From: Cyanobacteria bacterium MAG CAR3_bin_5
Lineage (GTDB): Bacteria; Cyanobacteriota; Cyanobacteriia; PCC-6307; Cyanobiaceae
Direction: 5' to 3'
Assembly: GCA_026709085.1 (NCBI GenBank)
Contig: JAPOTR010000048.1
Span: 1-24,000 of the forward strand
Length of the DNA: 24,000 nt
Numbering within the stretch: position 1 is the first letter of the stretch; each line of letters opens with the position of its first letter. A program made the translations under genes and the position numbers. The notes below the pieces were generated by a model. It was not told the origin of the DNA, did not search any database, and saw nothing but the letters and a program-made list of their open reading frames with translations. Below are positions 15,402-23,616 of this stretch, one piece after another.

Positions 15402-16103
15402 TCAGAGAAGATTCGGTTCCGCCGGGACTGCCAGCCAGGGTTGTAGATCCTCCAGGCGGTCCACGTCAGCGCGAGAACCCAGGGTATGCACCTGAAAACC
15501 ACTGGCGCCAGCCCGTTGTCTTGTCAGGGCTCCCACCGCGGGGCCACCCCAGGGAAGACCACTGAACAGACCGGCATCAAAGCAGCGCTGCCCCATCAGC
15601 CAATATCCGCCGTCCCGGGCCGGACCCAGCACAAGGGGCTTCTCCCCCATGCTGAGGAGTTGGAGCGCTTGACGCAGGTCTGCGGTTTCCAGTCCCAGGC
15701 AGTCACTTCCCAGGAGCACCACGCCCCGATGGCGCCGGGCCAGCCCCCAGCGAACCTGGCGGGCCATGCGGCAGCCCAGGTTCCCCCCACCTTGCCGGCC
15801 CAGACTGGCGCCGGGGGCGGAATACCCCAGGGGCGCCAGCCAGCGGCGCCACGCCTTGAGGCCGGCCCCTGTCACCGCCAGATGACGATGGACCAGTCCT
15901 TCCCGCACCAGAGGCTGAACCAGGGAAAGCACGTGAATCAGGAGCCGGGACTGAATGGTTGCCGCAGCCACGGGATGGATGGAGCAGGCCAGACGTCGCT
16001 TGCAGCGGCCAGGGGCAGGCCAGCGGGACAGGACCACCACCAACCAGGGTGGGCGGCGCCGGAACGACGTCGGGCCTGTCCGCCGGGACTGGGGCCACGG
16101 CAT
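15402..16103 (-). CDS. DUF2064 / TIGR04282-like glycosyltransferase-fold protein
   Basis: 233 aa with an N-terminal VVVLSRWPAPGRCKRRLA (the DUF2064 AKxPxPGxVKTRL-type motif) and DGGYWLMG. Its ATG at 16103 abuts the htrA stop at 16104-16106. Confidence 0.8.
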   Translation of the reverse strand: MPWPQSRRTGPTSFRRRPPWLVVVLSRWPAPGRCKRRLACSIHPVAAATIQSRLLIHVLSLVQPLVREGLVHRHLAVTGAGLKAWRRWLAPLGYSAPGASLGRQGGGNLGCRMARQVRWGLARRHRGVVLLGSDCLGLETADLRQALQLLSMGEKPLVLGPARDGGYWLMGQRCFDAGLFSGLPWGGPAVGALTRQRAGASGFQVHTLGSRADVDRLEDLQPWLAVPAEPNLL

Positions 16104-17267
16104 TCAGAACAACTCCAGGTCCAGTTCCTCGGGCGCCACCATCAGGGTTCTGGGCAACCCTTGCCGCTCGATGTCCAGTCTTAGCGGTTCCCCAACACGA
16201 CCCCGGTCCACCTGCACCTGCACCTGGGCGGGTGTGCGCACCTCAACTCCCGCCACGGCCCGAATCACGTCACAGGGCTGAAGATCGGCCTGGGCAGCGG
16301 GATGATCCGGCAGCACGTCCACAACCGCCACACCATCGGTCTCCGGGTAGGTGCAGCCGTCCTCCGCCTGGTTGATCTCGGCAGCAAGCTCCTGGGTGAT
16401 GCGGCGCAAGCTCACCCCGATGAACGGATGACTGGCCCGCCCATGGGCAATGATCTGCTCGCCAATGTCCCGGGCCTTGTTGATGGGGATGGCAAAGCTG
16501 ATGCCCCCGCCCGGGGATGTGCGAATGAACGTGTTGATGCCGATCACCTGAGCATGGTCGTTAATCAGCGGCCCGCCGGAATTGCCGGGATTGATGGCTG
16601 CATCCGTCTGGATGTAGGACACCCGCGACCCGCCCGGAACTCCGGTTGTGCGGTCTGTGGCGCTCACGATGCCCAGGGAGACGCTGTTGTTGAGGCCAAG
16701 AGGGTTGCCGATGGCAATCGCCCACTCTCCGGGACGCACCTCGTCGGAGTTGCCCAGCCTGGCAACGGGCAGGTTCTCGGCCCCGTCAATCTTGACGATG
16801 CCCAGGTCCGTGACCACGTCGGAGCCCAGCACCTGGCCCGTATAACTGCGACCACTGCGCAGGGTCACCGTGACCCTTTCCGCACCTTCCACCACATGGT
16901 GGTTGGTGAGCACGATGCCATCGGAGCGCGTGATAAAGCCTGAGCCCTGGCCTTCAGGAGGACTGTCCTCCAGGGGAGGGACATCTCCCGGAAAGATGTG
17001 GAAGGGGAAGTGGTCCTGCGCCTGGAGGGTGTCGATGCGCACCACGCTGGGACCCACCTTTTCCACCGCCGCAACGACAAAGTCCCCTGGCAGGGACTTC
17101 AACAGAGGGCGCTCGGCGGCATCACCCCTATCGCTGCCGGACGGCTGCCCCGGACCGGCAACGGAACCGGCTGCCTGATCACGGCGGCCGGGTGACCAGA
17201 GGGTAGGCAGGGAGGCACAGCCCGCAAGGACGCAACAGAGGCCCAGCAGGACGATCCGTGTGGGCAT
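16104..17267 (-). CDS. htrA: HtrA/DegP-family serine protease with a C-terminal PDZ domain; probable lipoprotein
   Basis: The catalytic triad context is TNHHVVEGA, VVTDLGIVKI and GNSGGPLIN. A PDZ-like tail is present. The preferred start is Met at 17267 (MPTRIVLLGLCCVLAGC, with lipobox LAGC); the track ORF extends to 17324. Confidence 0.9.
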   Translation of the reverse strand: MPTRIVLLGLCCVLAGCASLPTLWSPGRRDQAAGSVAGPGQPSGSDRGDAAERPLLKSLPGDFVVAAVEKVGPSVVRIDTLQAQDHFPFHIFPGDVPPLEDSPPEGQGSGFITRSDGIVLTNHHVVEGAERVTVTLRSGRSYTGQVLGSDVVTDLGIVKIDGAENLPVARLGNSDEVRPGEWAIAIGNPLGLNNSVSLGIVSATDRTTGVPGGSRVSYIQTDAAINPGNSGGPLINDHAQVIGINTFIRTSPGGGISFAIPINKARDIGEQIIAHGRASHPFIGVSLRRITQELAAEINQAEDGCTYPETDGVAVVDVLPDHPAAQADLQPCDVIRAVAGVEVRTPAQVQVQVDRGRVGEPLRLDIERQGLPRTLMVAPEELDLELF

Positions 17268-17522
17268 ATGGGGCAGAGGACGGGGCACGGGATGATGGCG
17301 CTGACAGCCAGGGAATCGGCTCACTCCACAGGGCCTGTACGGGGGATTCTAGGTCTCTCCTCCGTGCCCGGGCAACAGGGAGGCCTGATGCTCCCATACA
17401 AATCCGCCAACCGGACCAGGGGCGTGCAGTTATCGGTGTGGTTCATGGGGCGCCGCCATGGACGGGACTTCCTGCTAGAGAAGGGAGCCTGAAACTCCAC
17501 CGCGCAAGGGGCAAGCGCTCCG

Positions 17523-18932
17523 TTGGATAAAAACCAGTCAGGCGCCGAGCTGTGGCGTGATATCTGCCATGAACTCCGGAAGAACCTGAGCAAACCCAGC
17601 TATGCCACCTGGATCGAGCCCGTTGGGGGCGCCAGGTTCGATGGGAAGCGCCTGGAACTTCTTGCCCACAACCCCTTTGCGGCCAACTGGTTGCGGAAGA
17701 ACTATCAAGACCTGATTCGCCAACTGGCCTCCGGTATCGCCGGGCCGCCTGTTCAGGTGCTCATCAAGGATGCTCCGCTCGGTAGCCAGCCGTCCCCGCA
17801 GGCCGGTCCTGGCGCCACGCCACCGGCCCCTGGCGCCCCCGTTGCGGATCCCCCGGGAACGGATCCCGCCCATCGGGCTGTGACAATCGGCTCCTCGCCA
17901 TGTCAGGGGCCCACCAACGGCAGGGGCCTCAATCCCCGCTACCTGTTCAGTCGGTTCGTGGTGGGGGGCAACAGCCACATGGCCCATGCAGCCTGCATGG
18001 CCGTAGCAGAGTCCACCAGCAAGCGTTTCAATCCCCTGTTTCTGTGTGGCAATGCCGGCCTGGGGAAAACCCATCTCATGCAGGCCATCGGCCACCAGCG
18101 CCTTCAGGTCAAGCCCCAAGACCGGGTTGTCTACGTCACCACCGAGCAGTTCACCAACGACCTGATCACGGCGATCCGCAAAGACAGGACCCAGAGTTTC
18201 CGGGACGACTACCGGCAGGCGGATCTGATTCTGGTGGACGACATCCAGTTTCTTCAGGGCAAGGAGTACACGCAGGAGGAGTTTTTCCACACCTTTAACT
18301 GGCTGCATGAGTCGGGCCGCCAGGTTGTGTTGGCCAGTGATCGTCCCCCCGGCCGGATCTGTCAACTCCAGAATCGGCTCATCTCCCGCTTTTCCATGGG
18401 TCTGGTGGCTGATATTCAATCCCCCGACCTGGAAACCCGCATGGCCATCCTCCACAAAAAGGCCGACCAGGACAAGGTGGATCTGCCGGAAGAGTTGATC
18501 CACTACATTGCCTGCAATTTCATCTCCAACATCCGTGAACTGGAGGGGGCGCTGACTCGTGCAGTGGCCTACTGCTCCATTACGAGCCAGCCCCTGAGCG
18601 CCAGGGCAGTGGCGCCCGTTCTGAACATGCCCGCCGAGCCGACGCCGGTGAGCCCCAAACAGATCATTGAAAGCGTCGCCCAGGTGTGTGCAGTGGCGGC
18701 GGCAGATCTGCAAGGCAATGGCCGCAACCGGATCGTGAGCCAGGCACGCCAGATGGCCATGTATCTACTACGGCAGCACACCAGCCTGTCCCTCGGCAGA
18801 ATTGGCCAATGCTTCGGGAGGAAGGACCACACCACTGTGCTCTACGGGATTCGACGTATCCGTAAGGCTCTGGGCAACGACCCCGAGTTGGCCCAGCAGA
18901 TGGCAAAAGTGCATAACCGGCTGGGGATATGA
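17523..18932 (+). CDS. dnaA: chromosomal replication initiator protein DnaA
   Basis: 469 aa with the AAA+ Walker A LFLCGNAGLGKTHLMQAIG, the box VII region, and a C-terminal DNA-binding domain (MAMYLLRQHTSLSLGRIGQCFGRKDHTTVLYGIRRI). It starts at TTG 17523, because the in-frame stop at 17490 leaves no ATG. Confidence 0.95.
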   Translation: MDKNQSGAELWRDICHELRKNLSKPSYATWIEPVGGARFDGKRLELLAHNPFAANWLRKNYQDLIRQLASGIAGPPVQVLIKDAPLGSQPSPQAGPGATPPAPGAPVADPPGTDPAHRAVTIGSSPCQGPTNGRGLNPRYLFSRFVVGGNSHMAHAACMAVAESTSKRFNPLFLCGNAGLGKTHLMQAIGHQRLQVKPQDRVVYVTTEQFTNDLITAIRKDRTQSFRDDYRQADLILVDDIQFLQGKEYTQEEFFHTFNWLHESGRQVVLASDRPPGRICQLQNRLISRFSMGLVADIQSPDLETRMAILHKKADQDKVDLPEELIHYIACNFISNIRELEGALTRAVAYCSITSQPLSARAVAPVLNMPAEPTPVSPKQIIESVAQVCAVAAADLQGNGRNRIVSQARQMAMYLLRQHTSLSLGRIGQCFGRKDHTTVLYGIRRIRKALGNDPELAQQMAKVHNRLGI

Positions 18933-18941
18933 AGCAACCCT

Positions 18942-18964
18942 GCCTGGAGGAATTTCCAGGCTTT
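18942..18964 (+). terminator. putative intrinsic terminator of dnaA
   Basis: A 7-bp stem GCCTGGA/TCCAGGC (18942-18948 / 18955-18961) with a 6-nt loop starts 10 nt after the dnaA stop. It is followed only by TTT, so the U-tract is weak. Confidence 0.35.
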
Positions 18965-19147
18965 AACAATATGGCAATATGGCAGAATATCTCTATGGGG
19001 AAATGGCACTTTGCAATGAAAGTCCAGAAGTCCAGAAATATTGGCTAAGTCAATTCCAATTCTAAATCAACCGCAATTTGGAAGGTCAGGGTGTGCATGG
19101 GCTGTTGAGATGGGGATAGGGAAGTTGCCCATGTTGGCTTCAGCGCC

Positions 19148-19685
19148 TCAAGGAGAGTTTCTATGGTGATGGTCTGCGCAAGGGCACTCTGTCCAGCAGG
19201 GGTCGTTGTTCATGTTGCGACCCTGCCGGATCAAGTGGCGGCGCCGCGAAGCCAAAGAGCCACCCCATGGCGGTGGGACCACGACGGGCCAGTCTGCGGA
19301 AGACCCTGTTGCGGCTGATGCGGGCATTGTGACAGACCGCCAGCTTGGCACTGTCGGCAAAGGAGATGCCGGTCTTCTCGCCGCAGAAAGAATGTAGGAG
19401 CAGGTCAAAGGGCGGGGTGCAGGCTCACAAACCGGCCATAACTGGGGAGAGCGCCAAAGCAGTCCCGGTACTGGCATCTCAGACTATAGCGCCAGCAATA
19501 CTTGAAGCCCTTGTAGCTCGAGATATGGGCAACAGCGCCAGAATGAAGAGCATCTCCCCGAGGGAGAGCTTGCCCGCTCTCCTGCGCTGGCGATCTGAGG
19601 GGATCAAGAGGTGACGTTCCTACTGCTCAAAGAGCTTGGCAAAGCCATCCGGACAACAGAACAGGGCAATGGTGGATTCATGCAT
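19148..19685 (-). mobile_element. degraded IS982-family DDE transposase remnant (in-frame stop, frameshifts, 3' truncation)
   Basis: Hand translation across three frames gives MHESTIALFCCPDGFAKLFEQ*, then ..GKLSLGEMLFILALL.., then ISSYKGFKYCW...[13 protein letters not shown], then [38 protein letters not shown]. This is colinear with IS982 transposase motifs (YCxxDDFxK, LPxYxxF, ADSxKLxVC, GKSSMGWFYGFKLH). The region carrying the second D and the E is absent. Confidence 0.65.
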
Positions 19686-19715
19686 GAGGGGGTCTTCCGC
19701 TTGCGTAGACGGCAC

Positions 19716-19749
19716 GGTTCCCCAATCGGCATAGCCTGATTGGGGAACC
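19716..19749. repeat. perfect 12-bp inverted repeat with a 10-nt spacer
   Basis: GGTTCCCCAATC (19716-19727) and GATTGGGGAACC (19738-19749) are exact reverse complements. They lie just upstream of the transposase remnant's start. Confidence 0.9.
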
Positions 19750-19881
19750 TCCTCCTCAAGCCCACCGCATCGCCAGCCCCGCAAAGGCTGGCTCTCTGCT
19801 CCTCTTATCCAGAACTGGGGTAAGGTAGTCAGGATTCGGGTAGGCACTCACGTGTATAATTCCTTAAATATTGAATATAGC

Positions 19882-20391
19882 TCAGGGTTCCTCAAAGTAA
19901 AACTTTGCCGCGTCAGCCAACAATCTGTCAAGTTCTGTTTCAGGCGGCCCATAGAAAAAGAGGCTAATCTCTTCCTTGTGTATTTTCTTTTCTTCTTCAT
20001 TTAATAAACAACGTGAACTAATTTCTTTTTGTATGGCAAGTAGTTTTCCTTTAGATAAACCTATTTCTTCCTCCCAATCTTGAGCATTTCGGCTAGCCAT
20101 TGCCCCTCCAACAATTCCCCAGTTCATCATTCTCATAGTGTCATCTTGTCTTTTTATGACTTGCTTTTCTCTTAACACAATAAGTTCATCTTTTTCTTCT
20201 GCTCTTGCTTCTAATAATGTTTCACAGTCCATCTTAGTATAGATATTCTCTTCTGTCAATTCAATCGCATCAATTTGATGGGGTGCTTTGGTTTGAGGAC
20301 TGTAACATGAAGACAGGACGAAACTAACCATGGCTAATAGGAAATAGCCTTTCAGTCTGGGGAGATGGGGGGGGGGTGGAGAGCATGGCAA
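19882..20391 (-). CDS. hypothetical lipoprotein (low-GC, Glu/Lys-rich)
   Basis: 169-aa ORF with the signal/lipobox LKGYFLLAMVSFVLSSC. It is strongly AT-rich compared with its flanks. The in-frame start is only a TTG at 20391, and the nearby ATG at 20386 is out of frame because of the C10 tract. No family was recognised. Confidence 0.6.
   Translation of the reverse strand: MPCSPPPPHLPRLKGYFLLAMVSFVLSSCYSPQTKAPHQIDAIELTEENIYTKMDCETLLEARAEEKDELIVLREKQVIKRQDDTMRMMNWGIVGGAMASRNAQDWEEEIGLSKGKLLAIQKEISSRCLLNEEEKKIHKEEISLFFYGPPETELDRLLADAAKFYFEEP
20367..20376. repeat. G10 (C10 on the coding strand) homopolymeric tract in the 5' end of the lipoprotein gene
   Basis: Counted directly in ggagat-gggggggggg-tgga. 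It encodes the PPPP run of the ORF. Confidence 0.95.
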
Positions 20392-20648
20392 GCAAAAAGC
20401 AAATCACCTTCCATCCTGTCCCTGAGACCTTGCTTCTGTCAAGTTACAGAATATTGCAACTTTGAAGTCCCAAGCCATGCCGCTGACCGGCTCTCTATCG
20501 AGTTTATCAAGGGCATCCCCCTCCCAGCAGGAGGGACTCCAGGGACTCTTCAAGGAACTCTTCATCAGGCGAGGTTCCTTTCGCGCCCCACAACGCACCG
20601 CTTCCTGTTGTCTCCACTGACCCCACCTTGGCCTTCCGTGACTCCTTT

Positions 20649-21098
20649 TCAAAGCATCAAGGCGTTGTCGTCCTCCAGAATGGCCTGCCAGGAGCGTAGA
20701 TCGAGGAACAGTTCTTCCAGGGTGGTCTCCCGCAGGGTTTTGGCCAGGGAACGGTGGAGACGCCGCTCCAGCATGGCCAGCACCTGATCCGTGGCGGTGT
20801 CTTCATGGTTGTGGTCACGGTTGGATGAGGGCCTGGCCTGTTGCAGCCGCTCCCCCACGGCGCCAGCCACCTCCTCCAGACAGATGGAACCGGCCGGCCG
20901 GGCCAGCCCATAGCCCCCTGCCCGGCCCCGGTGGGCCACAACCAGCCCGGTGCGCCGCAACTGCAACAAAATCTGTTCCAGCATGGGGGCGGGAAGCTGC
21001 TGGCGCTGGGCAATGTGGGTCACGGAGCAGAGGGTCTCCCGTTCCTGGGCCAGGGTCAGGAGGGCCTTCAAGGCGTAGAGGGTGCGACGTTGCAGCAT
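20649..21098 (-). CDS. Rrf2-family (BadM/Rrf2) transcriptional regulator
   Basis: 149 aa. The N-terminal winged-HTH region YALKALLTLAQERETLCSVTHIAQRQQLPAPMLEQILLQLRRTGLVVAHRGRAGGYGLARP is typical of Rrf2. Confidence 0.9.
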   Translation of the reverse strand: MLQRRTLYALKALLTLAQERETLCSVTHIAQRQQLPAPMLEQILLQLRRTGLVVAHRGRAGGYGLARPAGSICLEEVAGAVGERLQQARPSSNRDHNHEDTATDQVLAMLERRLHRSLAKTLRETTLEELFLDLRSWQAILEDDNALML

Positions 21099-21129
21099 GG
21101 GTCCATTGGGGAGGGAGGGGCGCCGGCGC

Positions 21130-22668
21130 TCAGGAGCGGCGGCCCAGGCGGGCCAGAACGTTTTCCATCACGTAGCCGAACAGAACCGGATCCGGCGCGG
21201 TCTGTCCCACGTCGTCCAATCCCAACTCCCCCCAACGCTCCGTAATGCGGGCCTCGGTGGCGGCATCCCGTTCCAGGGCTTGTCCCCAGTCGTGGCGCCG
21301 CTCCGGGCCGATCTTGGTGGTGGCGTCAATGGCCATGCGGCCCCCCAGACCGATGCGTTCACTGGCAAAATCCAGGCTGTCGAAGGGACTATCGGCAATC
21401 ACCAGCAGATCCCGTTGGGGATCCACCTTGGCGCTGACGGCCCAAAGCACCTGGCGGGGATCCCGCACGTTGATGCTCCCGTCCACCACCACCACGAACT
21501 TGGTGTAGGTGAACTGGGGCAGCACCCCCCAGAACGCCATGGCGGCCCGCCGCGCCTGTCCCGCATAGGCCTTGTCGATGGCAATCACCGCCAGCTTGTA
21601 GCTGAGGGCGTCCATGGGCAGGAAAAAGTCCTTGATGTCCGGGATCTGTTTGCGCAGGATGGGGGTATAGATGCGGTTGAGGGCGATGGCCAGCATGGCC
21701 TCCTCCTTGGGGGGACGCCCGCTGAAGGTGGCCAGGAAGGTGGGTTGCCGGCGATGGGTGACCGCCTTCAGGCGGATCAGGGGGGAGTCCTCGATGCCGC
21801 CGTAAAAGCCCATATGATCCCCGAAGGGGCCGTCCGCCTGGCGTTCCCCCGGATGAATCCGCCCCTCCAGCACGATTTCACTGTGGGCGGGCACCTCCAG
21901 GTCAACGGTGCGACAGCGGGCCAGACGCACCCCCTTACCGCCGTACAGCCCGGCAAAGAACCACTCCGAGAGATTGACGGGGATGGGGGTGGCGGCAGCC
22001 AGAATCAGCAACGGATGGACCCCGACGGCAACGGCCACCTCCAGGGGTTTGCCCATGGCCTCCGCCTTGCGCAGGTGGCGCGCCCCACCCCGCACCGAGA
22101 GCCAATGGACCGTCATGGTGCGGGGCGACTGGCGCTGCAGCCGGTAGACCCCCACGTTGGGCACACCCGTCTCCGGATCCTTGGTGATCACCAGGCCCAG
22201 GTTGACAATGAATCCCCCGTCCCCCGGCCAGGGGCGCAACAGGGGCAGGGCATCCAGATTCGCCGCTTCCCCCTCCAGCACCACCTGTTGACAGGGGGGC
22301 AGCAGATCCCGGTCCGGGCGCGCCCGCAACACGTCCCACAGCAGGCCACCCATGGCCAGTAGCTCCTTGGGGCGCTTGGGGGGCTGGGGTTGCTGCAGGG
22401 TGGCCAGGCGTTCACCAAGGCGCTCCAACTCCTCCGGCTGCTCCATGCCCATGGCCCACACCACCCGCTCCACGGTGCCCAGCAGGTTGATGGCCACCGG
22501 CCATGGGCTGCCGATCACGTTGTCAAACACCAGGCCGGGGCCACCCATGGCCAGCACCCGATCCGCAACGGCCGCCAACTCCAGATCCGGATCCACGGGC
22601 GCCGTGATGCGCCGCAACTGGCCCCGCTCCTCCAGGAGCGCCAGAAACCGGCGGAGATCTTGCCCCAT
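21130..22668 (-). CDS. ubiD: UbiD-family (prenylated-FMN dependent) decarboxylase, 4-hydroxybenzoate decarboxylase-like
   Basis: [30 protein letters not shown] at the ATG at 22668 matches the usual UbiD N-terminus; the track ORF extends to 22707. It also has GVYRLQ and [10 protein letters not shown]. Confidence 0.92.
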   Translation of the reverse strand: MGQDLRRFLALLEERGQLRRITAPVDPDLELAAVADRVLAMGGPGLVFDNVIGSPWPVAINLLGTVERVVWAMGMEQPEELERLGERLATLQQPQPPKRPKELLAMGGLLWDVLRARPDRDLLPPCQQVVLEGEAANLDALPLLRPWPGDGGFIVNLGLVITKDPETGVPNVGVYRLQRQSPRTMTVHWLSVRGGARHLRKAEAMGKPLEVAVAVGVHPLLILAAATPIPVNLSEWFFAGLYGGKGVRLARCRTVDLEVPAHSEIVLEGRIHPGERQADGPFGDHMGFYGGIEDSPLIRLKAVTHRRQPTFLATFSGRPPKEEAMLAIALNRIYTPILRKQIPDIKDFFLPMDALSYKLAVIAIDKAYAGQARRAAMAFWGVLPQFTYTKFVVVVDGSINVRDPRQVLWAVSAKVDPQRDLLVIADSPFDSLDFASERIGLGGRMAIDATTKIGPERRHDWGQALERDAATEARITERWGELGLDDVGQTAPDPVLFGYVMENVLARLGRRS

Positions 22669-22722
22669 GGAGCCACAGCCAATCACCCCGCTACTGTGGC
22701 AGGCCATGGACTCTGTGGTGTG

Positions 22723-23460
22723 ATGAACTTGCGCTATTGCCCCACGCCGGAGGCGGCGCCCGCCAGTGGCCAGCCCGATGCGGCGGTGGTCATCGACGTG
22801 CTGCGGGCCACCACCACCATTGGCTGGGCGCTACACAACGGCGCCGCGGCGGTCCACGTGTTCGCCCATCTGGATGCCCTGCGGCAGGCGGCTACGGCAG
22901 TGTCCCAGGACAAACGCCTGCTGGCGGGGGAACGGGGCGGGCGGCCCCTGGAGGGTTTCGATCTGGGCAATTCTCCGGTGGCGGTGACCCCGGCGGTGGT
23001 GGAGGGCAAGGAATTGTTCCTCAGCACCACCAACGGCACCCGGGCCCTGGAGCGGGTGCAGGCCGTTCCCCGGGTGTTCACCTGCTCCCTCAACAACCTG
23101 GCGGCGGTGGCGGCACGGTTACGGGCGGTGGCCGCAGGCCAGGTGTGGATTGTGGGCAGTGGCTGGGAGGGGAGTTATTCCCTTGAGGACAGCCTGGCCG
23201 CCGGCGCCCTGCTCCACACCATGGCCACGGCCCTGGGCAGTGATCCCCAAACCCTCTGCGCCAACGACGAAATGACCGCCGCCGGCGCCCTCTGGCAGGT
23301 GTGGCGCCACAACCCGGAAGCCTGTTTGCGGCTGGCCACCCATGGTCAACGGCTGCAACGCCTCGGCAACCACGACAGGGACTTTTGCTGCTGCGCTGCC
23401 GTCAACAGCCTGGCGGTGGCGCCCACCCAGGTGCGCCCTGGGGTGTTCGGGCTGGGTTGA
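22723..23460 (+). CDS. comB: 2-phosphosulfolactate phosphatase family protein
   Basis: This is the C-terminal 245 aa of track ORF 22390..23460, starting at the ATG at 22723. [12 protein letters not shown] and [19 protein letters not shown] are ComB signatures. It is divergent from ubiD. Confidence 0.88.
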   Translation: MNLRYCPTPEAAPASGQPDAAVVIDVLRATTTIGWALHNGAAAVHVFAHLDALRQAATAVSQDKRLLAGERGGRPLEGFDLGNSPVAVTPAVVEGKELFLSTTNGTRALERVQAVPRVFTCSLNNLAAVAARLRAVAAGQVWIVGSGWEGSYSLEDSLAAGALLHTMATALGSDPQTLCANDEMTAAGALWQVWRHNPEACLRLATHGQRLQRLGNHDRDFCCCAAVNSLAVAPTQVRPGVFGLG

Positions 23461-23616
23461 GGGCTTGGAGCGAAGTCGTCAGAGACAACAGGGCAGCCCT
23501 GTTTCCGCCCCCTCAGGCCGGAGTGCATGGCGCCAGCCTGTGGATGGTGTGCCCCTGGCTGGAACAGAGCACCGTACTGTCTTTCCTACCCTGCTGTCTC
23601 AGCACCCATAACACCC

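Noticed and set aside
14227-16184. ORFs 14227..15018 (-), 15486..16184 (+) and the 5' part of 14595..15380 (+)
   Set aside because: They are antisense to, or out of frame with, the GT2 and DUF2064 genes. Their composition is Pro/Gly/Ala/Gln-rich. Only the 3' DUF4177-like part of 14595..15380 was kept.
17325-17522. oriC or DnaA-box cluster upstream of dnaA
   Set aside because: No TTATCCACA/TTTTCCACA-like boxes are seen beyond weak partial matches. The region is GC-rich with no AT-rich unwinding element.
17538-18713. 391-aa minus-strand ORF
   Set aside because: It is antisense to dnaA and has no motifs. It is a high-GC shadow ORF.
21082-22362. 426-aa plus-strand ORF
   Set aside because: It is antisense to ubiD and its product is Gly/His/Pro-rich. 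It is a shadow ORF.
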